Below, piece by piece: positions 13,124 through 26,062 of a stretch of 64,000 bases of DNA; the first letter of the stretch is position 1; the number at the start of each line of letters is the position of its first letter. A model generated the notes under the pieces. The model saw only the letters and a list, made by a program, of their open reading frames with translations, was not told where the DNA came from and ran no database searches. The position numbers were made by a program, and so were the translations under genes. This stretch comes from Octopus vulgaris (Eukaryota), in assembly GCA_951406725.2 (NCBI GenBank), contig OX597818.1, positions 113,088,001 through 113,152,000 of the forward strand, written 5' to 3'.

Positions 13124-13472
13124 CTCTTTTACTTGTTTCAGTCATTTGACTGCGGCCATGCTGGAGCACCGCGTTTAGTCGAGCAAATCGACCCCGGGAC
13201 TTATTCTTTGTAAGCCCAGTACTTATTCTATCGGTCTCTTTTGCCGAACCGCTAAGTGACGGGGACGTAAATACACCAGCATCGGTTGTCAAGCAATGCT
13301 GGGGAGACAAACACAGACACACAAACACATACACACACATACATATATATACATATATACGACAGACTTCTTTCAGTTTCCGTCTATCAAATCCACTCAC
13401 AAGGCATTGGTCGTCCCGGGGCTATAGCAGAAGACACTTGCCCAAGATACCACGCGGTGGGACTGAACCCGG
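13124..13472 (-). mobile_element. SINE family A, slightly 5'-truncated, with ATATTA target duplication
   Basis: Reverse complement of family A. ATATTA occurs at 13118-13123 and 13490-13495. Confidence 0.93.
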
Positions 13473-13964
13473 GTAACATCGTATACTTAATATTAGTATA
13501 ATTTTACTTAAAATCTGCAGCAAGGGAATGCGATAGACAGAGAACATGCTGTCGTCACTGCACCTTAGAAGATACTAAGTTATCAGGAAGAAAGACTTGT
13601 TACAGATTTTGCTTTTCACTGTTTTATGGGGTTAGTTTTAATTTATAGACTAGTTTATAAACTTTTTGTATATCTAAGGCCAAAAAAGCAAGACGTAATG
13701 CCTGTTAGGACGTGGGATGAGGGAGTCGATAGAAATAATAGTGGGTATAGTTAATTAGGTAAAATTATACTAATGTGTCCATCTGTTTTAATTTAATTAA
13801 ATTCTATGTCTTTGTGCAACTGAGGATTGCTCTGCATTTAAAATGTTGTAATGATTGCATTGTTTAATTAAATGGAGTTGCTTGAAACGATCGAAGTGCA
13901 TTACCTATGGATATCCTTGTTGCCTACTTGGATTTTAATCACATTACTTTGAAATTGTGTGGAT

Positions 13965-14077
<113 letters not shown>

Positions 14078-14136
14078 GGGTATGTGTGTATGTATGTATA
14101 TGTATGTGTGTATGTATGTATATATATATACATGTA

Positions 14137-14237
<101 letters not shown>

Positions 14238-15314
14238 AGAGGAGACAAAACTGCCACGTATATCAGAACACAAAAGTGGTGCAATATTTACCAAGACAGA
14301 GAACTTTTACATGGCTCACTGGTGCTGCAGAGAAGACAATCAGCGCTCTGTCCGCCCTAAAGACTACCACATTTCGTGATTTCGATTTGACTTAACCTTC
14401 TAAGTGATAGACAGCAAGCACCTTAGAAAATATATATAAAATATATATACAGGTCATATGAAAAGATTGTAAATGCTTGATACTGGAAGTAATTAGGTCT
14501 TAGATTTAGACACTTTTATTTAACAGATGTTATTGGAAGCAATTGCAAATCAATATTTTCTGATTCTGCTCATAGATTTATGACATTGGATATTCGATTG
14601 CATACGTCACTAAGATTAATTGTAATGCACATATAAGGGAAATTCTTCATGCAAACACATAAATCTTTTCCCGTGTTGAAATATTTCTGTCAAATAACCT
14701 ATTCAAACCATGTTGCGATAAAATACCAAATTTATTTCAAATAATATATTTTTTTTGTTTTGTTCCATTGATTATATTTTTAATTATTCCAATTAGTCTT
14801 TTGCTTAGGAAAATGGAAAAGAGTTCTCCAGATTCATTGCAATTATAAAGCCACAAATCAACATCAAATTTAGTGATTTTCACTATCATATTTTTTTAAT
14901 ATTTTCTATTTTAGCTTTAATGTAATTAGTGAAAATATTTACAAATTCGTCTTAAAAACATCTGAAAATAAATCATGGAAGCAAAATAATATTCAAACTT
15001 GGAATCGATCATTTCATTGGAATTCAGTTTACACTAATTACAATTTCCTAACACGTACGTCAAGAAAAATAGTTTCTTTTCTACATTAGGAACACTATCC
15101 AGGTGTTAAAACTCTAGAAGAGGTATATATGACCTAAGAGCAACTAACTCGTTAAATAACATACATATATGTATATATATATATATATATAACCATACAT
15201 ACATACATATATATATATACATGCATGCATACACACATACATACAAATATACATATATACAAACATACATACATACAAAAACTCTATTCCGTCAACACGT
15301 CAAATGTAAAATCA

Positions 15315-15410
15315 TTTCCTGAAGACGAAGGCTGATGATGTTATCCAATGATGGAATCAAGTTACAATCAATATTTTGACGCACCAAGCCTTCAGAAACA
15401 ATTGTGGGGC
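15315..15410 (+). ncRNA. Degenerate hammerhead-like motif with a long helix II loop
   Basis: CTGAAGA C GAAGGCT [53 nt] AGCCTTC A GAAAC AATT GTG. Perfect 7-bp helix II and ACAATTGT palindrome, but the triplet GUG is non-cleavable. Confidence 0.5.
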
Positions 15411-15472
15411 TCTTAAAACTCTTACTCCTCATCTTTAGTTTCTGACATCGTTTCTGTTCTTTATAAGTCCGA

Positions 15473-15525
<53 letters not shown>

Positions 15526-15743
15526 ATATGTGCATTCTTTGTATTAAATGTATAATTTTTTTTTTTATTATCAACTTGATTAACTTGTTTACTCCTCTGC
15601 CAGCTCAAGTTCAAATCTCTTGTGCACTACGAAGTGTATTCTATACAGAGAATACCTGTCTCCAATCTACACACAGATACACACACACGCACGCACACAC
15701 ACTCACACATACACCCAAAAATACACACACACACATACACAGG

Positions 15744-15797
<54 letters not shown>

Positions 15798-15801
<4 letters not shown>

Positions 15802-15910
15802 CCTGCTCGCTTAGCTAGCAGGGTGGCGTCTTTCGCAGGATAAAACAATGCGAACGCATTGTAACGAGCGATGTGTAGCAACATCTGATGGTCTGGTCGG
15901 TCACGTGATA
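15798..15910 (+). mobile_element. 3' tail of the SINE family seen at 42745-43050 (5'-truncated)
   Basis: TTGGCCTGCTCGCTTAGC..GGGTGGCGTC..CATCTGATGGTCTGGTCGGTCACGTGAT matches the reverse complement of 42745-42868. Confidence 0.9.
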
Positions 15911-15917
15911 TATATAT

Positions 15918-16041
<124 letters not shown>

Positions 16042-16042
16042 C

Positions 16043-16822
16043 TGTGGCGACAGCCATCATTTCCCCTGGAGGATTGGAAGAATGGAGAGGCCGAATTCTT
16101 ATGAAGAATAGTGTTTGGTAGTAATCGGAGACATCGTTTTGAAAGTTGAACTGCAGACTTTGGGTGGAACAGGTATGTTTTGCCGTCCTGCGGCGGTATT
16201 GTTCGACGTCCTCCCGCTTGTTTGATGAAGTTACCTGTGACAAATAATGTTTTAAAATGAGGTATTAATAGGTTCAATGAAGTCGCTCGGAGGTGGCCGC
16301 CGAACGGTTTCATTTCATTTATCATTTTATCTAATTCATCGTTTTCATCCGTTATTTTTTTTTTGTCCCAACCATGTGCCCTTTCCTCTGTGTTGCCAAC
16401 AAAAGTAAGAGAGCGTTTCAGTAGTCTCGCAAAGTACGTCGTGTGAACACATTGATTAAACCTCCGCTACATAATTTATCAATACACACCACACCTGTGG
16501 CGACAAAATATTCGAAGATTGCTTAGGACGTTAAATGTTTTCTTTTTTTTTTTTTTTGGTACGAAACAAAAGAAAAAATATTTAACATGGAAGAATTGTT
16601 GGCTCGCGTGACAGAGCTGCAACAGCAACGACAGCAGTTACAACAACAACAATCTCAGCAGTTACTGGATGTAATGTTGAAATCTAAAAATACTTCAGGT
16701 TCGTTCTCGTCAATTGATGAATTTATTTATAACGCAAAAGAAGGTCATACTTTTTCTTCGTATTTTAGAAGATACGAAGAAAACTTCAAAAAGAATGTAA
16801 AAATTGGAATGACAAAAATACT
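16043..16822 (+). mobile_element. Gypsy-type LTR retrotransposon 5' fragment: LTR (16043-16493), PBS-like TGGCGAC (16498) and truncated gag (from 16587)
   Basis: The LTR begins TGTGGCG and ends CACCACA (imperfect inverted termini), with ATTAAA near its end. The ORF MEELL..QQQ..SIDEFIYNAKEGHTFSSYFRRYEE resembles the gag N-terminus of K02A2.6-like Gypsy elements. Confidence 0.8.
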
Positions 16823-16829
16823 ATGACTA

Positions 16830-17720
16830 TTTATGGCATTCCGTGTATTGTTAAAACTGCATGGCAGTTGCCTGCAACTCTGACGAACATTCTTAGTAGC
16901 TTTTCTTCTACAGGAATATGCGATTTTAATCACAACATTTTCACATACAGCGACTTTGCACCAAGCTCTGTCATTGGCCGACCGGATCCTGCACTTTCAG
17001 CACCTGCAACACCTGGGCCTTCAAGCAACATAGCCGCCAGGTATTTTCTTTCACCATTTCAAATCCGTTCACTACCCAAAGCAGGCCTAAGAAAGAAACC
17101 ACCAGAGGAGGAAAGAAACATTGTTCTGAAATCCTCATTAAAAGAGCAATCACAGAAGAAAAGACAAAAAGTAAAACTAAAAAGAAGACAAACATTGATA
17201 AAGGAACGATAGGAAAAGGACTCAGTAAGGACAGGTCAACGAAGGGAAAAGTTCAAACTGTTATGGAAAATGTTCAAATTCAAGAAAGTGATACCACTGA
17301 TGAGGAAGAGTGCTATTGTGTAGTGTGCTACGAGCCTTTTTCCAATAGCAAAGGAAGGGAAGTGTGGCTTCAATGCTCTGATTTAAAGGTTGGGCTCATG
17401 AGGCATGCACACCAGGTCTGACAATATTCAGATGCCCAAATTGTGACTCTGATGATGATATGTAATGAAACCGTAATAAAGGCCCTTGATCAAACCAACA
17501 AGCTTATATCATGTGTTTCTGTCCACTAACATGTATGTTCCAAGAAAATGCATTCATGTGTCAACATACCCCATTACATGTGTCAACTTGCCCCGGTATC
17601 GCGGCAAGTTGACACATTTAAGTGGTTTTAGAAAATGTAGGTAGAGGGGGCAGATTTTTTTTTCCTCAATTTAAGCACTACTCTATGTTACCTATAGGGA
17701 GCTAGCTTTTCTTTCATCCA
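16830..17720 (+). mobile_element. pogo/CENP-B-like (DDE_1) DNA transposon 3' fragment: transposase C-terminus with a PHD finger and subterminal repeats
   Basis: ATLTNILSSFSSTGICDFNHNIFTYSDFAPS, SPFQIRSLPKA and CVVCYEPFSNSKGREVWLQC..WAHEACT..FRCPNCDSDDDM* (stop at 17463-17465). Perfect 15-bp inverted repeat ATGTGTCAACTTGCC/GGCAAGTTGACACAT at 17578-17617. Confidence 0.82.
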
Positions 17721-18810
17721 ATAGCTTAAAAAATACACACACATTCACACACACACACACACACACACACTCAAATACACACACACACACTCAAATAAAC
17801 ACACACTCTCACACAAATTTTAATATTTAGATGATTTCAATGCGAGCTTCTATTAGTTAAATGCCTCTGAAAATATAACAGTCGTACGACTTTGTATACC
17901 GTGCCGAATATTTTCAGATAGTAATTCAGATTCGAAATGCAATGACCACATTTTGAGTTAAAGCGAAAATAACATGAAACGAAAAGAGAAAAACTTAAAA
18001 GACAAAAGCCTAATGATAAAAAAAAAAGAAATATGAAGGAAATGAATAAAAGTTACGCTCATATGCTCCTCAGAAGCAGATCCAGTATGGTTGGTGCAAT
18101 TAATTCAACGAGGAATGGTATGTTTATGATTCTGCATGGTTTAACCAGAGAGTATGGTGTTTTCCAGTTCAGCAATAGAAACTTGTTCAGATGCTTATAT
18201 GTAATAAATATTTCAGATCCAGAAATCAGTAAGTTACTAGATTTATAAGACTGTATGCAATTATATATTGGATACTTCTATCTAAAATCAAGCGTAAGTT
18301 TATATACAGCTTCAGAGAAAACATATATATAGTACATGAGAATTATACCAGAAAGCGTCGATTAATGTTGTAGCACCGTCTCGTGAAATGCACCACTGAT
18401 TCAGCTACATTTTTAGAGCAAGAACAGCTAAAAATAAATTTGCTCGTGCATATAATCGTACGTAAATTACGGTTGATCAGCATGTGGTAAAAAAATGTAA
18501 ACCTAGAAATGCACTGGCGATATTTCTGCTTACATATCTAGTTAAAGTAAATGCCTGGAAGCTATTCCAAGCTATACTTTTACACTTTGATGCATTGGGA
18601 AAGTTGCATAAGAAACTGAAGCATAGTAGAATAGAAAAGGTTGCTCAACATTTCACTGTATTAATATATTTCTGCGTTCATATTATTAAATATAATTTGC
18701 GTAGATATTCAAATCTGTCAACTGCATATTCGTGTCTACATTCTGCTCGAGTTATACGTGCAGTCCTTGCGTATGTGCGTTGCTTATTAGTGTCTAGCTA
18801 GCTCGGTAGG

Positions 18811-18860
<50 letters not shown>

Positions 18861-18919
18861 TAAATTCATACAAATATATTGATAGAGACATGAATAAATA
18901 TATAGCCTTGTAACTAATG

Positions 18920-19001
<82 letters not shown>

Positions 19002-19043
19002 TGTGTTTGTGTGTCCCCAATCCATTCAACTGGTAAAAAGTTA

Positions 19044-19172
19044 GTTGCACCTGTATTTCAAATGGCAAGCCCTGTCACGTTGTTTGTCACACTGAATATC
19101 TCTGAGAACTACATTAAGGGTACCCTTGCAGAATATTTTCACGAGGAGGCTTCTGTAGTAACCGACGGAATG
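19044..19172 (+). mobile_element. Diverged 3' fragment of the SINE family at 31909-32288
   Basis: CCTGTATTTCAA..CTGAAT..GAGAACTACATTAAGG..ACCGACGGA. Confidence 0.75.
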
Positions 19173-20106
19173 TTCTAATGATCCAATTTTTTTTAATATA
19201 CCTAAAACTATTCATTATTTAATGATATCGTCATTTTTTGTAATGTTTTTTTTTTCGACATGAGGTAAATGTGACTGTTATTTCTAACAAGTCTTGCAAT
19301 CAAATCAAAGCTACCTTGTTGGCTCGCATTCTTCTTCGTTTCATCAAATGATTTCACTTAATAACGAATTCTTTCGCGGAGCTTCACTACTTAGGAAATT
19401 TTACTCAACAGAACAGACTACGTACGTCATACAACAATGTAAGTCGAAGATTAAGAATAAATATATGATAATAATTGGAATTTATAAATAATCTACTAAA
19501 TTTTAACGACAGTCTATCGTACAATTATTCAGCTGAAGGCCTCTTGTATATCGAATAATGGTAAATATAATTCTAATTCATATTCACAAATTCATGCGGC
19601 TTGGTATTTCATAGATTCTGTAATTCCACGAAAATCTCAGCGTTTATACTGATATTTTATAAAGAGATAGCGCTGCTCTTGAAAATTACAATCCAATAGA
19701 ATCATATTCATAATGATTCTGATGACAACAACAACATAATGAGCATGACGATTATGGCGATTTAATACTTCGATATAAATGTAACGATGAAAATGGAGAA
19801 AAAATGCTTACGTGGTGTCTCTTTCAATCTTGTATCTTACTATATTACAAAAAGTCGATTTACATTTTCATCGATACCGACTCAGTGGTGGCACCGTTCT
19901 CTTATATACAGGGGCCTATCTAAGGTAACTGGTGTTCAGGGCAGGCATCAAAATTGCGAACCTTTCTCCCAACCAAAAAGTGGAAATTCGCATAGAAAAA
20001 TGAATAGCTAAGTAAGAACTAAGTAAGAATGAATAACTAAATAAGAACAACCAAACTGTCCGATCTCTTGGATGGCGATAAGCAAAACAAACCACGCCTG
20101 AAAATG

Positions 20107-20335
20107 CTTACTCTTTACTATTTTACTTGTTTCAGTCATTTAAATGTGGCCATGCTGGAGCACCGCCTTTAGTCGAGCAAATCGACTCCAGGACTTATTC
20201 GTTGTAAGCCTAGTACTTATTATATCGGTCTCTTTTGCCGAACCGCTAGGCTACGGGGAAATAAACACACGTGCATCGGTTGTCAAGCGATGTTGGGGGG
20301 ACAAACACAGACGCACAAACATACACACACACACA

Positions 20336-20428
<93 letters not shown>

Positions 20429-20594
20429 TACGACGGACTTCTTTCAGCTTCCGTCTACCAAATCCACTCACAAGGTTTCAACCAGCCCTAGGATATACCA
20501 GAAGACACTTGCCCAAGTTGCCACGCTGTGGGACTGAACCCGAAACCCTGTGGTTGGGAAGCAAACTTCTTGCCATACAGCACACCTGCGCCTA
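20107..20594 (-). mobile_element. Full-length SINE family A with an expanded internal microsatellite
   Basis: Reverse complement of family A from head (GGCGCAGG at 20585-20592) to tail. Confidence 0.93.
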
Positions 20595-21198
20595 CGTGTT
20601 AAGAAATAAATATAAAGTGATGTCCCCAATCGAAATGCATGCGTATAGCGCCAAAGCAAACAGTGATATAGCGGAAGTGGCAATGTAGGGCAGTCTATAT
20701 CAGCAACTATGGTGTATTCTATTGAATTCCCCGGTGGGATATCTTTGTAGAAACTGTGCCATGAAGAGAAATCAATAGTCCTACATCGGAAAATATTCAT
20801 TAAAATTATCTTAAGAATCGTTTCCTGATTTCGTGTAAACTGAAGCTGCAAAGAGTATACAATAGTGTTTCCTACATTCTTTTTTAGAATAAGATAATAT
20901 TGAATAATTTTATATTAATATTAAATAAATTTACAATAAATACAGGAAAATATATTTAGGTAAAAAGTACTTTTTATATCTGTTTCGTTTCTTCCTTTCA
21001 TTTTTTCCATTTTTTAATTCTATAATTTACTTTTATATATATTTATATGCATTCTTTTGCATCACCCATTTCTGATTCATAATCTTAATTCTTTACATTA
21101 TATTTTTCAATTTATAAAATATATTTTCCTTTTTCTTATAATTTACTTCTTTTGCATTCATGTCGTACAATTGAGTTCATTCATTTATAGATACATAA

Positions 21199-21270
<72 letters not shown>

Positions 21271-21301
21271 GCATACATATATCTCTGTGTGTGTACATAT
21301 A

Positions 21302-21345
<44 letters not shown>

Positions 21346-22682
21346 CATGTATGTATGTATATTCGGGTCACGCAACTTTACATTATTACTTCCGTTCATT
21401 TACATTGTTGTCTTTTCATTGGAAATTAATTTAAAATACTCTTACCGTGACAAAGAATATTATGCCTTGAAAAGAAAACTTGTAGAAGTTATTTTCTATT
21501 CTTTTACATTGAGTTTGAAATAAATCATGAAATAAATAACAAAAGACGTATAACAATATATAAGAATAATGGAGAGATTAGTCTGTTACTTGTCTGGTCT
21601 TGCGATTTTTTTATAAATTCAGTATTATCAGCGTGTTTAGCTTAATTATTTCTTTACTTCACTTTCGGTTCTCAATTCATTTTTCTGTCTAACCTTCTAA
21701 CTATGCATCTAACTACATACATTGATACCTAGGTTATTATTTAAATACCCATCTATTTTCCCATTCATATACGTAGATGCCCTTTGTAAAGCAGAGAATA
21801 GAATACAATCTCTTTAAAGATACGATTGTTGTGCATGATATATTGTGTAGATGACTTAATTCTTATATAATTCGATATCTTTGTTTTCTTGTTCAATCAT
21901 ATACGTCCCCTTGTTTTTGCTTTGAATACTCCAATGCTTTCGGTTTTTCCTACGACTTTGTCTAAACACCCCGCCTCTCTCTCACTCTTCCTATCATGTA
22001 TCAATGTTTACGCCATTCACATCAAAATTATTGAGAGATGCGGAAAGAACTGAAATCACCATGATTCTGATATGTGTATACATACTCTTAATTTGTATTT
22101 GGATTTAGGAACAATATTTTATTCATAGTAATACTACACACGTTGTATTTTCTGCCCATAATTTATTAACTTATATATTGTATCGAATATGAGTCGATGA
22201 TATTCTTTTCCAAATCACGAAAATAATGCCAAAGACGAATCAATGGAAATAACATTTTTGTTCTCTATTAAAAGATACAAAACGAATTAATAGCAGCAGA
22301 GATAAATGGGAAACTTGTCTTGGATAATAAAGAGTTGAAAACGCTGTTACTTACCGTACTGTCAGAACGGGGGAGCTAAATAAAAAGGGATAAATAACTG
22401 GAAAATATAAATCGGTCAGGACCGTGGTGCACTTGAATCTATGTTTTCACGTAATGTAAGTCATAAAATATCTGAAGACATTTCTGGTTGCTTAATTACT
22501 ATAAATGTCAATTTGTATTGTCTGATAGACTACGCGAATTGAAATATAACTGTACATCGGGCGTCTGGATGTGTGTGCTGCTGTGTTTTGTTACGCATTA
22601 CGATTAAGATGCTTTATGTGTGAGTGTTTCTATGTACATACGTCATGTACCATATATGAAACACACGCACACATACACACGC

Positions 22683-22724
<42 letters not shown>

Positions 22725-22793
22725 ATAAATATGTATGTATATATATATATGTATGTATATATATATGCATGTATGTATATATATATATGCATG

Positions 22794-22856
<63 letters not shown>

Positions 22857-22879
22857 AAGTGTGTGTGCATTTATCTATA

Positions 22880-23275
22880 AGGTGGAGTGGTGGGCGTGCG
22901 GTAAGAAGCTTGGTTCTAGATTCAGTTCAACTGCGTGACACCTTGGCGAAGACTCTTCTGGCTGACCAGAGCTTTGCGAATGGATTCGTGAGACGGAAAC
23001 TGAAAGAAGTCCGTCGTATGTATGCATATATATAAATATGTATATATATATGTGTGTCTTTGTGTCTGTGATTGTCCCGCAATGACCGTTTGGCAACCGG
23101 TGTTGGTGTGTTTACCTTCCCGTTACTTAGCAGTTCAGCAAGAGAATCCGATAGAATAAGTAGTATGCTTTTAAAGCAACTAGTCCTGGAGTCGATTTGC
23201 TCAACTAAAATCTTTGAAGACAGTACCCCAGCATGGCTGCAGTCAAATGACTAAAACAAGTAAAACAATAAAGGA
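22880..23275 (+). mobile_element. Diverged SINE family A
   Basis: GGTAAGAAGCTTG, GACGGAAACTGAAAGAAG, CCGATAGAATAAGTA and CCAGCATGGCTGCAGTCAAATGAC. Confidence 0.88.
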
Positions 23276-23300
23276 ATATATGTGTATATATATATGTGTA

Positions 23301-23334
<34 letters not shown>

Positions 23335-24433
23335 GTAAAAAATTTCGGGAAACAATTCCACGTCATGAATTGTGTGGGAAAATATAGAAAGAAGGAAAAA
23401 GTGCGGAAATTCTATATTGAGAAATTTTTTTAATGAAAATATATAATAAAGATAGATATAGACAGACAGAAAGACATGTAAACAGACAGACACATACATA
23501 CATACGTACCTACATACTTACATATACGCATGGATAAATATACACTCCTACCTACCTACATACGGACTTACATACATGCATACATATTTTGACACACACA
23601 CATATACATACACACATACATGCATCACACATGCATACATATATATTTATATACATTAATTATACGTACGCATAAGTGTGTGCGTGTGTGTGTGAACAGG
23701 TGTGTGAATTAGCACAACCTTATGTTTCTCTTTAGAATTATGTCTGACGAAAATCTACATGATGAATGAAATAGAAACAGACAGGTACCTTTGCTTGAAT
23801 ATTTTAATGTTTTCCTCCGTTATTTTTTGCATTCACTGATGCGTAAAGGCGAAAGCAACATCTATATAAAGTTAGTATAATTTATCTCAATGTAAGTATT
23901 GCATAATCGCCAATCAATCGATACCCTCTCCAGATATGGATCACCTAACGCTCGTATGTATACATAATTTTCAAGTTTCTTTCATTAGATTCTCAAGATT
24001 ATAGATAGATTACTTCTCACCCGTGAACTATAAAAGTTAGTTAACTTTGTGGAAGGAATTTTATCTTATTCAGAATTTATATTTGTATATCTTCGTTGCA
24101 ATTCAAATTTCAGTCTATTTATATGTTCTCTAAGTCCCTGATATTACATTAATATTTGATCTGAATATTTTTCTCATAATATTATAAATGATAGTCGTCT
24201 GAGGTTACTTGTTCGGTTTTGCATCTTCAATTAATTGATGGCGATAGACATTTTCTATGTTAATTCTTTCCTCGGAGTGTGAATTGCTAACGACAGTCGA
24301 GAAATTCCGTTAACACATTTATTTTATGACTAGCTTCAATGTCATTTGATGTGAAAGGAAATGTAACATATTCTAACACAGCACATGTAAAACCCAAGAT
24401 ATATCTCATTGTGTAACATAAAACTTTGACTCC

Positions 24434-24650
24434 CATATGTAAATTGAGATGCTTGCACGTTATTTACAATCAAACGTTATAAACAGCAATATTATTTCAA
24501 AGCCTAAAGCAATGCCGCATTGAATCACATATGTAAATTGAGATACTTACATGTTATTTATAATCGTACGTTCTAAACTACGGTGCGTCTTCCCTTAGTT
24601 TAAGGCAATTCTTGATTTGAATGTTCGCTGTAAATTAGAAATTCTTGTTC
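24434..24650. repeat. Diverged ~94-97 bp tandem repeat (2 units plus a partial third)
   Basis: CATATGTAAATTGAGAT at 24434 and 24528, and TGTAAATTAGAAAT at 24629. Confidence 0.75.
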
Positions 24651-25184
24651 CATTTAAGTTTTGTTCAAGTAGCTAATTGGTATTAATGTCAAAATAGTGA
24701 TGAGATTTTTATAAAATATCCTGTGTCCTCTTCTATCAACACATTGGCAATATAGCTTTACAAAACACCATTTTGTAGCCTTCTGGAAAAATCTATAGAA
24801 AATCGATTATCAATATTTGAAATAATGTCGCCTCTTTCTTTTCAAATACAGATTGATTACTTGTCAAATTTCAGCATGACCGCCTACGTTCGCAATACGT
24901 TTGAAAATTCAAAATTTAAGTATCTATTAGATCGATTGTATTCTCCCAGGATATTCGTTTTCTAAAAATACAGATTACTGTAACGTATTTGAAACTAGAG
25001 AATTGTTTATAAACAAATGACATGAAACAATTTCACCAGTCAATTGACGCGTTTCGTTCTTTCATTTTCACAGAGAGATATGTTTATTTATACATTCAGA
25101 GCCTTTCATGGTGATTGTTATTCTAAATGATCAAACTACCAGTATTTCAGATACCAATAAATGTTTATATATACACATACATAC

Positions 25185-25239
<55 letters not shown>

Positions 25240-25244
25240 CATAC

Positions 25245-25290
<46 letters not shown>

Positions 25291-25308
25291 ACATATATAT
25301 ATAAAATC

Positions 25309-25353
<45 letters not shown>

Positions 25354-25464
25354 AATTGGTAAAAACGGTAAGATAACAAAAGAAAGAAAGAAAGAGACCT
25401 CGATATTATGTAAATAGAGGAATTTATCCGTAAATGTAATATGTTACAATTATTCGGTAGCCAA

Positions 25465-25525
25465 GATAAAACTCTGAGTTTCGGATGCCGAGGTGGAAAT
25501 CTACGCCACCATCTCTTCAGTTATC
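25465..25525 (-). ncRNA. Type I hammerhead ribozyme, near-intact
   Basis: The minus strand reads GAUAA CUGAAGA GAUG GUGG CGUAGAUUU CCAC CUCGG CAUC C GAAAC UCAGA GUU UUAUC. The core is complete, helix I is GAUAA/UUAUC, helix II is GAUG/CAUC plus GUGG/CCAC, helix III is ACU/AGU, and the triplet is GUU. Confidence 0.75.
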
Positions 25526-25552
25526 GGGTGCGTGTGTGTGTAAGTTTGTATG

Positions 25553-25622
<70 letters not shown>

Positions 25623-25716
25623 CAAATCAAAAATTATAGACAACAAATAAAACAACAAAAGACAAAAGGACCTAAACGTGGCTTGACGCTCAGTAAAGTT
25701 GGAAAAACAGTAGGAT

Positions 25717-25750
25717 TATAACATTTCGAACATGGCTCTTCGTCAGGAAG
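25717..25750 (-). ncRNA. Minimal hammerhead-like motif
   Basis: The minus strand reads CUGACGA A GAGC CAU GUUC GAAA UGUU. Helix I is not evident. Confidence 0.5.
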
Positions 25751-25956
25751 AGGAGAAAGGGAAGTCCAAGAAAAGCACGTGCGTGTTTACATTGCTGCGT
25801 GTGGTTACACTTGTGTAGTTACACTTATATGCCCTACATAGTTGTTTAAATATTTATGTATCTATATATAAGTTCACAAATATATACGTGTGTGTGCGTA
25901 GGTATGTGTGTGTGTGTGTGTACATATACATGTATATATACAAATATAATAACAGA

Positions 25957-26062
<106 letters not shown>

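Larger units (their letters stand above)
12961..13934. mobile_element. Inverted-repeat element with ~170-bp arms, each carrying a hammerhead-like motif (probable Penelope-type inverted pLTRs), interrupted by a SINE
   Basis: 12961-13123 plus 13496-13507 is the diverged reverse complement of 13760-13934. Both arms contain CTGAGGA...GAAACGATCG. Confidence 0.8.

Noticed and set aside
23740-23860. CTGACGA...GAAAC and CTGATG...GAAA hammerhead-like words
   Set aside because: No convincing helix II or III and no NUH site.
25040-25105. GAAACGCGTC on the minus strand (hammerhead helix III-like)
   Set aside because: No CUGANGA box at a plausible position.
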